Assembly: GCA_032718475.1 (NCBI GenBank)
Contig: JAUCBJ010007946.1
Location: 43,152-107,151 of the forward strand
From: Nemertoderma westbladi
Lineage: Eukaryota; Animalia; Xenacoelomorpha
DNA: 64,000 nucleotides
Direction: 5' to 3'
The notes beneath the pieces were generated by a model. That model was not told where the DNA came from. It saw only the letters and a list, made by a program, of their open reading frames with translations, and searched no databases. Positions within the stretch are counted from its first letter, which is position 1; every line of letters begins with the position of its first letter. Shown in pieces: positions 11,645-22,468 of this stretch. A program made the translations under genes and the position numbers.

Positions 11645-13265
11645 GTCAACACTTCGAAAGACCATGTCAACACTTCGAAAAGGATTTGATGTGGTTAGGG
11701 TAGGTTATAGAATTAGTATATGGCAGTAAGAATATAAGGACAACTTATTATATAAGTTTCTTAGTAATAAGGAATAATATTGCGAAATATATGAATTACT
11801 TTGGTACTATCATTTCATATAATAGATTTTCGTTACCGGTGAAGAAACTGCTTGATTTGTTTCTGCCCTAAATCGTTGAACTCTGCCATCTCAGCCTGTT
11901 GACGTGTATCCCGAATTAATTAAACGCCACTAATTGAATGCCACCCCAAATCAGATGATTTAACACCAAAATAAATTATTTTGCACCAAATATATATTTT
12001 TTTGTAGCACCAATTCGCATCCCCCAAATTTGAATATCCTTCTCACCAAAAACAATTATTCGTCCCCCAAAAACAATTATTCATCCCCCAAAAACAATTA
12101 TTGATTCCCCAAAAACAATTATTCATCCCCCAAAAATAATTACTTGTCAACCTAAAAAAATTATTCCAGCACCAAATATTTTATATTAACTACGCTTTGG
12201 TCAGTTGCCATGCTTCAGTTACAGTATTCGTATCGATAGGCCTATTGCCTATCTATTATTGCCTATGGCGTATTACTTATTCTGTTATTAGGTTTCAGTA
12301 TTACGGCAGTACTGAAGTTTTCAGATAGGGGGGGAAACTGGACGCAAAAAAAATTCATCCTTCTCCAGAGGAAATTCGACGCAAGTAACAGCTGATTCTT
12401 CTCAAAAATAAAACTGTAACCTGTTCTATTGTGTTTAGTTTATTGTTAAAATAACGTGCCACTGTAACCTGCTCCTTTCCCTAAATTGAGAATTTAACAT
12501 TGAGGCGGGATATTAATTCGCCAAGGCGGGTTTTGCGTCCAATTTCCCCTCCTGTCTCGAAGTTTATATCTAAATTCCAGTATTTATTTTGGGGGATTAT
12601 GTATTTATTTTGGGCAAAAATGTATTTGTTTTGGGGGAAAATGTATTTTTATTTTGGGGGATAATGTATTTGTTTTGGGGGGGAATGTATTTGTTTTGGG
12701 CGAAAATGTATTTGTTTTGGGGGAAAATGTATTCGTTTTGGGGGAAAATGTATTTGTTTTGGTTGAAAATCTATTTGTTTTGGGGGAAAATGTATTTATT
12801 TTGGGCGAAAATATATTTGTTTTGGGAAAATTTTTAATTATTTGGGGGATTTGTCATTTATTTTGGTGCTAATAATTGGTTTTGGGGAGCATTTATTTAT
12901 TTTGGTATTGAATAATTTGTTTTTGGTGTTGAAAAATTTGTTTTGGTGTTTGAATAATTTATTTGGGGTGACTTTATTTTACAATCATTATTTGTCACAT
13001 TATTTAATTTGGTGGCATATTCGGTTTACACCGAATGGGGGTGTATATAATAATATTTATTCATTATTTAATTTGGTGTAAAATAATTTTTTTGGTGATA
13101 TTCTCATCAATTTTGAGATAACTTTAATTGGTAGCCTTAATTAAATTGTAACTAAAATAAATACGAAATTTTGTTTTCGTTTTTATTATTATTTCATTAT
13201 TATTTTTATGTGGTAACAGTGGCACTAAATTATTTTCGAAGTGTTGACTATTTCGAAGAGTTGAC
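11645..13265. mobile_element. Nested non-autonomous inverted-repeat elements (outer doubled GTCAACACTTCGAAA inverted repeat; foldback-like middle element about 11912-13147; inner MITE about 12322-12558)
   Basis: Three concentric pairs of inverted repeats; middle arms built of about 21-bp CCCCAAAAACAATTATT / AATGTATTTGTTTTGGGG subrepeats. Confidence 0.6.
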
Positions 13266-14448
13266 GCGGAATCATGCTGCCTACAAGCTACTGATTGCTG
13301 TATGATGCCTGCCTGTATTATTTTGTAATGTAAGCTGGCTTTGCTTGGTGTAACCCCGAGTTTCAAAATATTACCCAATCTAATATAGCACAATATGTAA
13401 ATAAATAACAAACAACATTAACTCACTATCTATAAATGCCTTTCTAATGTAAATTTGGTATGTAATTTTTTCTTACAAAGTTGTTACATCAGTAACAACT
13501 AAGAAAGTCTACACGTATGAATTTTTAACATTATGAATTGCTTCTATGATAGTGGAGATCAATTATTCATTAACTTACCTTGAATAACATGAAGTTAAAC
13601 TGTTAACAGACATGACGTATTTTAGCACGTTAAAACATATATATATTCTCATTTTTGGAAATATATGTTAAATGTTTATGATCAATATGACATCATTGGC
13701 AATAATAATTATTTATTACTTGGGAAAAAAGAGTACAACTTTTTTTTCATTATTCTTGAGGCATTTTATTTACCGAGCGCCTGGGAGGTTAATAAATGGT
13801 CGAGAGAATATTGAAAAAATAATATTCTGCGTTTTTTTATTTTTTAAACTTTTTTAAATTTTTAAATTTTAATTTTTAAATTTTTAAACGTAATTTTATT
13901 CTTAAATTGGTACTATTTTGTTGCTCAATTCTTTAATAAAAGATAGTGCAAATATTTATTACGAAAACTAAAAGAGCCGCTTAACTACACAAACCAATAT
14001 TGGATATTGAGTTCCGTTTTGAAGTACGCTTTGCAGACACTAAAATTGCAATAAATTCTGAGTGTGTGAAGGGATTTTGCTTAAATTACGTGGAAACCTT
14101 TTCTACTTCGATGCTCTTTAAACACATGCAATATAATTCAAGAGATTCCACCAAAAATATTTTAACTTACTTTTTTCGCCGGGAAAAATCCAATTGATAA
14201 CTTTTTTTATCTTGGGAAAAAGTACTTTTTCTCCCGATTTGATGTATATTCGAGCGAAAAAGTAACAATTTAAGATTAAAATTACTATTTTTAATATTCT
14301 ATTAATTAATAATTTGGAAGGGTTTACTGTGGAAGATCACCCATGGTGGTGAACAGGCATTCCTTGGCTTAACGAGCCTAAAAGATTCTCCCATTCATTA
14401 ATTTATTTTGCCCACTTGCGGACGTTATTGTTATATTTTACTTTATAG

Positions 14449-14807
14449 AATGCCTCTCCAATTCCATCCAAGGCACCTAGTCCAAAATTTATACACCCAG
14501 AAAAGGTGAAGACCACCAATCAATTATCAGTGCCAGATGAGAAACCACACGGGGTATTCAACGAAGCTTATCTCGACAACGAAGGTAGCCACCACCAACA
14601 ACACAATCCCTCAGAGCCGTATAGCGTGTCTTTCAGACTGGACAATAAATCATTGGAGGCTGATGGTGTGCCTACGACGCCCCCCAAGATAAGTAGACTG
14701 GACAAAATGAAAGGCATCACAGATGAAGATAACCCCGGTGATGACGACGATGGCCCCGTACCTATACTCCCTTATACATCTCTATTTATTTTGAGCTCCA
14801 CAAACAA
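14449..14807 (+). CDS. Cav2: Cav2 exon, II-III linker ending GPVPILPYTSLFILSSTN
   Basis: ttatag acceptor, gtaaga donor; conserved pre-IIIS1 motif. Confidence 0.87.
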
Positions 14808-14985
14808 GTAAGATGCATAGCAACATCTAAGCCGCAGTTGTTACTAGTTTTTTTTACAGTTATTGTATTATTTTTTACGACGATTAAACAACCTCGAAAT
14901 GAGAACAGATGTCATGTTCGTTTACAGATGTTTGAGAGTGGTTGTTTGCGGGAATAATAATCGAACATTTTAATGCGACCACAGA

Positions 14986-16051
14986 AGATTTATATGATCA
15001 CTGAGATTTTATATAATCACTGATATTTTATAGGATCACTGATATTTTATAGGGATCACCGATATTTTATAGGATCACTGATATTTTATAGGATCACTGT
15101 TATTTTATAGGATCACTGATATTTTATAGGATCACTGATATTTTATAGGATCACTGATATTTTATAGGATCACTGATATTTTATAGGATCACTTATATAT
15201 TATAGGATCACTGATATTTTATAGGATCACTGATATTTTATAGGATCACTGATATTTTATAGGATCACTGATATTTTATATGATCACTGATATTTTATAG
15301 GATCACTGATATTTTATAGGATCACTGATATTTTATAGGATCACTGATATTTTATAGGATCACTGATATTTTATAGGATCACTGATATTTTATAGGATCA
15401 CTGATATTTTATAGGATCACTGATATTTTATAGGATCACTGATATTTTATAGGATCACTGATATTTTATAGGATCACTGATATTTTATAGGATCACTGAT
15501 ATTTTATAGGATCACTGATAATTTATAGGATCACTGATATTTTATAGGATCACTGATATTTTATAGGATCACTGATATTTTATAGGATCACTGATAATTT
15601 ATAGGATCACTGATATTTTATAGGATCACTGATATTTTATAGGATCACTGATATTTTATAGGATCACTGATATTTTATAGGATCACTGATATTTTATAGG
15701 ATCACTGATATTTTATAGGATCACTTATATATTATAGGATCACTGATATTTTATAGGATCACTTATATATTATAGGATCACTGATATTTTATAGGATCAC
15801 TGATATTTTATAGGATCACTGATATTTTATAGGATCACTGATATTTTATAGGATCACTGATATTTTATATGATCACTGATATTTTATAGGATCACTGATA
15901 TTTTATAGGATCACTGATATTTTATAGGATCACTGATATTTTATAGGATCACTGATATTTTATAGGATCACTGACATTTTATAGGTTCACTGATATTTTA
16001 TAGGATCACTGATATTTTATAGGATCACTGATATTTTATAGGATTACTGAT
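14986..16051 (+). repeat. 19-bp minisatellite (about 55 copies) GATCACTGATATTTTATAG
   Basis: Direct periodicity. Confidence 0.95.
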
Positions 16052-16135
16052 AGTACGATGGTAAAATTAGTAACATTTCATACGATCATTAATATTTCAT
16101 ACCATTTTATTAATATTTTATGTGATTATTTGCAG

Positions 16136-16265
16136 GATTCGCATTGGAGCCCATTATATTGTAAATATGCGACACTTTGAGAACGTAATTCTTTCTCTTA
16201 TAATTCTGAGCAGTATCTCATTGGCGTTGGAAAGTCCTATTTATGTTAATGGTGATTTGAACAAT
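16136..16265 (+). CDS. Cav2: Cav2 exon, IIIS1 (IRIGAHYIVNMRHFENVILSLIILSSISLALESP)
   Basis: ttgcag acceptor, gtgagt donor. Confidence 0.92.
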
Positions 16266-16465
16266 GTGAGTGAAAAAAGTTCCTGCCTTATTTTGTAACT
16301 ATATTGATGACTATTACTATTGTATTTACTATTTAAGTGATGAACGAATTGAATTACTTCGTAAAATTTGAAAGGGCGAATATATATTTTTTAATTTATT
16401 CGCTAAAATTCACTATTATAATAAAACCGTTAAGATAGCTGTAAAAACATTCATTATGTTTTTAG

Positions 16466-16525
16466 GTGATTCAAAAATTAGACTATGGTTTTACTGCTGT
16501 TTTCCTGATGGAGTTTTGTTTAAAG
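16466..16525 (+). CDS. Cav2: Cav2 exon, IIIS2 (VIQKLDYGFTAVFLMEFCLK)
   Basis: ttttag acceptor, gtaagt donor; 60 nt, phase 0/0. Confidence 0.9.
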
Positions 16526-16809
16526 GTAAGTAAATTTCAAGTGTGTAGTGGCGAATAGTAAGGGGGGGGGGGGGGGGGGACCAAAACAATCGACTTGTGT
16601 TAGAAATAGTGAAAGGAAACTAATTCCATTATTAAGCATTATTGTTGAATCAGAAACATTTCGATCCGACCCAATTGTTAGAACTTGTCATTTCATTCAT
16701 TTTATTGTCTAGTTCGGTAGGGTTTCGGTCAAGACAATATTGTTAAATATAGACAATAATATTAAAGTTGTTGTTTACTTATTTTTGCTACATTATATTT
16801 CCCGTTCAG

Positions 16810-16919
16810 GTAACAGACTTGGGATTGGTTTTGCATCCTGGTGCTTATTTTCGTGACGGATGGAATATAATTGACGCGGTCGCTTGTATTTGCGCTACAA
16901 TCAGTGTAATACTACAATT
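16810..16919 (+). CDS. Cav2: Cav2 exon, IIIS2-S3 (VTDLGLVLHPGAYFRDGWNIIDAV)
   Basis: ttcag acceptor, gtaaga donor. Confidence 0.92.
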
Positions 16920-17185
16920 GTAAGACTTTATTTCTATTGTAAAACATATTTAATTGAAACAAAAATACATTTAATATTTAATACAACTGTCAATTTAAGA
17001 TTGTTACCTAAGAAATAATGAGTTAAACAAAATGTAAGGTTGTTTTAATTAATTATAAGTTGAGTTACAATAATGTAAGGTTGTTTCAAAAAGTAAAGCT
17101 TCAGTAATGTAATGATTGTTTCCATTAAATATAATGTTAAGCTACAATAATGTAGGTTGTTACTAAATCTAATTTGTTTCCAAAG

Positions 17186-17282
17186 GACGGACGTTGGTGG
17201 TAGCGCAGGTGGAATTAGATCTTTGCGGGTTTTAAGAGTTCTTCGGCCACTGAAAACGATTAAACGGGTTCCCAAACTAAAG
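17186..17282 (+). CDS. Cav2: Cav2 exon, IIIS4 voltage sensor ([23 protein letters not shown])
   Basis: caaag acceptor, AAG|gttggt donor; continues in frame into AVFDCVV at 60077. Confidence 0.92.
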
Positions 17283-20200
17283 GTTGGTTATTATTTACGG
17301 GTTCCCAAACTAAAGGTTAGTTATTATTTACGGGTTCCCAAACTAAAGTTTAGTTATTATTTACGGGTTCCCAAACTAAAGGTGGGTTATTATTTACGGG
17401 TTCCCAAACTAAAGTTTGGTTATTATTTACGGGTTCCCAAACTAAAGGTTAGTTATTATTTACGGGTTCCCAAACTAAAGGTTAGTTATTATTTACGGGT
17501 TCCCAAACTAAAGGTGGGTTATTATTTACGGGTTCCCAAACTAAAGGTTAGTTATTATTTACGGGTTCCCAAACTAAAGTTTGGTTATTATATTTACGGG
17601 TTCCCAAACTAAGGGTTGGTTATTATTTACGGATTCCCAAACTAAAGGTTAGTTATTATTTACGGGTTCCCAAACTAAAGGTTGGTTATTATTTACGGGT
17701 TCCCAAACTAAAGTTTAGTTATTCTTTACGGGTTCCCAAACTAAAGGTTGGTTATTATTTACGGGTTCCCAAACTAAAGTTTGGTTATTATTTACGGGTT
17801 CCCAAACTAAGGGTTGGTTATTATTTACGGGTTCCCAAACTAAAGGTTGGTTATTATTTACGGGTTCCCAAACTAAAGTTTAGTTATTCTTTACGGGTTC
17901 CCAAACTAAAGGTTGGTTATTATTTACGGGTTCCCAAACTAAAGTTTGGTTATTATTTACGGGTTCCCAAACTAAGGGTTGGTTATTATTTACGGGTTCC
18001 CAAACTAAAGGTTGGTTATTATTTACGGGTTCCCAAACTAAGGTTTAGTTATTATTTACGGGTTCCCAAACTAAAGGTTAGTTATTATTTACGGGTTCCC
18101 AAACTAAAGTTTGGTTATTATTTACGGGTTCCCAAACTAAAGGTTGGTTATTATATTTACGGGTTCCCAAACTAAAGGTTGGTTATTATTTACGGGTTCC
18201 CAAACTAAAGTTTAGTTATTATTTACGGGTTCCCAAACTAAAGGTTGGTTATTATATTTACGGGTTCCCAAACTAAAGGTTGGTTATTATTTACGGGTTC
18301 CCAAACTAAAGTTTGGTTATTATTTACGGGTTCCCAAACTAAAGGTTGGTTATTATTTACGGGTTCCCAAACTAAAGGTGGGTTATTATTTACGGGTTCC
18401 CAAACTAAAGTATAGTTATTATTTACGGGTTCCCAAACTAAAGGTTGGTTATTATATTTACGGGTTCCCAAACTAAAGGTGGGTTATTATTTACGGGTTC
18501 CCAAACTAAAGTATAGTTATTATTTACGGGTTCCCAAACTAAAGGTTGGTTATTATTTACGGGTTCCCAAACTAAAGGTTAGTTATTATTTACGGGTTCC
18601 CAAACTAAAGTTTGGTTATTATATTTACGGGTTCCCAAACTAAAGTTTGGTTATTATTTACGGGTTCCCAAACTAAAGGTTAGTTATTATTTACGGGTTC
18701 CCAAACTAAAGGTTAGTTATTATTTACGGGTTCCCAAACTAAAGGTTGGTTATTATTTACGGGTTCCCAAACTAAAGGTTAGTTATTATTTACGGGTTCC
18801 CAAACTAAAGTTTGGTTATTATATTTACGGGTTCCCAAACTAAAGGTTAGTTATTATATTTACGGGTTCCCAAACTAAAGTTTAGTTATTATTTACGGGT
18901 TCCCAAACTAAAGGTTGGTTATTATTTACGGGTTCCCAAACTAAAGGTTGGTTATTATTTACGGGTTCCCAAACTAAAGGTTGGTTATTATTTACGGGTT
19001 CCCAAACTAAAGGTTGGTTATTATATTTACGGGTTCCCAAACTAAAGGTTAGTTATTATATTTACGGGTTCCCAAACTAAAGTTTAGTTATTATTTACGG
19101 GTTCCCAAACTAAAGGTTGGTTATTATTTACGGGTTCCCAAACTAAAGGTTGGTTATTATTTACGGGTTCCCAAACTAAAGGTTGGTTATTATTTACGGG
19201 TTCCCAAACTAAAGGTTGGTTATTATATTTACGGGTTCCCAAACTAAAGGTTGGTTATTATTTACGGGTTCCCAAACTAAAGGTTGGTTATTATTTACGG
19301 GTTCCCAAACTAAAGGTTGGTTATTATTTACGGGTTCCCAAACTAAAGGTTGGTTATTATTTACGGGTTCCCAAACTAAAGGTTAGTTATTATTTACGGG
19401 TTCCCAAACTAAAGGTTGGTTATTATTTACGGGTTCCCAAACTAAATGTTAGTTATTATTTACGGGTTCCCAAACTAAAGGTTGGTTATTATTTACGGGT
19501 TCCTAAACTAAAGGTGGGTTATTATTTACGGATTCCCAAACTAAAGGTTGGTTATTATTTACGGGTTCCCAAACTAAAGGTTGGTTATTATATTTACGGG
19601 TTCCCAAACTAAAGGTTGGTTATTATTTACGGGTTCCCAAACTAAAGGTTAGTTATTATATTTACGGGTTCCCAAACTAAAGGTTGGTTATTATTTACGG
19701 GTTCCCAAACTAAAGGTTGGTTATTATATTTACGGGTTCCCAAACTAAAGGTTGGTTATTATTTACGGGTTCCCAAACTAAAGTTTGGTTATTATATTTA
19801 CGGGTTCCCAAACTAAAGGTTGGTTATTATTTACGGGTTCCCAAACTAAAGGTTGGTTATTATTTACGGGTTCCCAAACTAAAGGTTGGTTATTATTTAC
19901 GGGTTCCCAAACTAAAGGTTAGTTATTATTTACGGGTTCCCAAACTAAAGTTTAGTTATTATATTTACGGGTTCCCAAACTAAAGGTTAGTTATTATTTA
20001 CGGGTTCCCAAACTAAAGGTTAGTTATTATTTACGGGTTCCCAAACTAAAGGTTAGTTATTATTTACGGGTTCCCAAACTAAAGGTTAGTTATTATTTAC
20101 GGGTTCCCAAACTAAAGGTTGGTTATTATTTTCGGATTCCCAAACTAAAGGTTAGTTATTATTTACGGGTTCCCAAACTAAAGTATAGTTATTATTTACG

Positions 20201-22055
20201 GGTTCCCAAACTAAAGGTTAGTTATTATTTACGGGTTCCCAAACTAAAGTATAGTTATTATTTACGGGTTCCCAAACTAAAGGTTAGTTATTATTTACGG
20301 GTTCCCAAACTAAAGGTTGGTTATTATTTACGGGTTCCCAAACTAAAGGTGGGTTATTATTTACGGGTTCCCAAACTAAAGTATAGTTATTATTTACGGG
20401 TTCCCAAACTAAAGGTTGGTTATTATATTTACGGGTTCCCAAACTAAAGGTGGGTTATTATTTACGGGTTCCCAAACTAAAGTATAGTTATTATTTACGG
20501 GTTCCCAAACTAAAGGTTGGTTATTATTTACGGGTTCCCAAACTAAAGTTTGGTTATTATTTACGGATTCCCAAACTAAAGGTTAGTTATTATTTACGGG
20601 TTCCCAAACTAAAGTTTGGTTATTATATTTACGGGTTCCCAAACTAAAGTTTGGTTATTATTTACGGGTTCCCAAACTAAAGGTTAGTTATTATTTACGG
20701 GTTCCTAAACTAAAGGTGGGTTATTATTTACGGATTCCCAAACTAAAGGTTGGTTATTATTTACGGGTTCCCAAACTAAAGGTTGGTTATTATATTTACG
20801 GGTTCCCAAACTAAAGGTTGGTTATTATTTACGGGTTCCCAAACTAAAGGTTAGTTATTATATTTACGGGTTCCCAAACTAAAGGTTGGTTATTATTTAC
20901 GGGTTCCCAAACTAAAGGTTGGTTATTATATTTACGGGTTCCCAAACTAAAGGTTGGTTATTATTTACGGGTTCCCAAACTAAAGTTTGGTTATTATATT
21001 TACGGGTTCCCAAACTAAAGGTTGGTTATTATTTACGGGTTCCCAAACTAAAGGTTGGTTATTATTTACGGGTTCCCAAACTAAAGGTTGGTTATTATTT
21101 ACGGGTTCCCAAACTAAAGGTTGGTTATTATTTACGGGTTCCCAAACTAAAGGTTAGTTATTATTTACGGGTTCCCAAACTAAAGTTTAGTTATTATATT
21201 TACGGGTTCCCAAACTAAAGGTTAGTTATTATTTACGGGTTCCCAAACTAAAGGTTAGTTATTATTTACGGGTTCCCAAACTAAAGGTTAGTTATTATTT
21301 ACGGGTTCCCAAACTAAAGGTTAGTTATTATTTACGGGTTCCCAAACTAAAGGTTGGTTATTATTTACGGGTTCCCAAACTAAAGGTTAGTTATTATTTA
21401 CGGGTTCCCAAACTAAAGTTTAGTTATTATATTTACGGGTTCCCAAACTAAAGGTTAGTTATTATATTTACGGGTTCCCAAACTAAAGGTTAGTTATTAT
21501 TTACGGGTTCCCAAACTAAAGGTTAGTTATTATTTACGGGTTCCCAAACTAAGGTTTGGTTATTATATTTACGGGTTCCCAAACTAAAGGTTGGTTATTA
21601 TTTACGGGTTCCCAAACTAAAGGTTAGTTATTATTTACGGGTTCCCAAACTAAAGGTTAGTTATTATTTACGGGTTCCTAAACTAAAGGTTAGTTATTAT
21701 TTACGGGTTCCCAAACTAAAGGTTGGTTATTATATTTACGGGTTCCCAAACTAAAGGTTAGTTATTATTTACGGGTTCCCAAACTAAAGTTTGGTTATTA
21801 TTTACGGGTTCCCAAACTAAAGGTTGGTTATTATTTACGAGTTCCCAAACTAAAGGTTGGTTATTATTTACTTATTGATAGTAACAATGTGTTGGCAAGC
21901 TGTATTTTTCGAGGTGTTTGTTATTATAGATTTATTATAGGAAGGGCTAATATAATGGCAGCTGGCTTTGAAATTAATACTCCATATCTCAAGAACCTGT
22001 GGCCTAGTGGTTGTAGTCTCGGCTTCCACCTCGAGGTCCCAGGTTCGAATCCGAC

Positions 22056-22098
22056 ACCACGCTGATGAGACCCAGTAAGGTCGAAACGCGTACGTGGT
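22056..22098 (+). ncRNA. Type I hammerhead ribozyme, copy 5
   Basis: Core and stems identical to 359-401. Confidence 0.9.
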
Positions 22099-22425
22099 TT
22101 GGAGAGATATGAGATATTAATTTCAAGAAAAATTACGCGATTCTTAAATTTGTACACTACCCGGTTAAAAAGTACGCATGTGATTGGATTAGTCCTAAAA
22201 TTGCGCCAATAAAAGATAAGCTATTTTCGGTAAAATAAACTTATCATTCGAGGTAAAGACCCCTAGATCCCTTCCTATAATAACATTGTTACTATCAATA
22301 ATCAAAAACTCAGGGGCTAATATAATGGCAGCTGGCTTTGAAATTAATACTCCATATCTCAAGAACCTGTGGCCTAGTGGTTGTAGTCTCGGCTTCCACC
22401 TCGAGGTCCCAGGTTCGAATCCGAC

Positions 22426-22468
22426 ACCACGCTGATGAGACCCAGTAAGGTCGAAACGCGTACGTGGT
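22426..22468 (+). ncRNA. Type I hammerhead ribozyme, copy 6
   Basis: Core and stems identical to 359-401; 370 bp from copy 5. Confidence 0.9.

Noticed and set aside
12589-13081. ORFs rich in MYLFWGK/ENVFVLG
   Set aside because: Translations of the 21-bp subrepeats of the foldback-like element.
17015-17162. About four degenerate 40-bp repeats (ACAATAATGTAAGGTTGTTT) before the IIIS4 exon
   Set aside because: Short, old and diverged; no clear link to the acceptor sequence.
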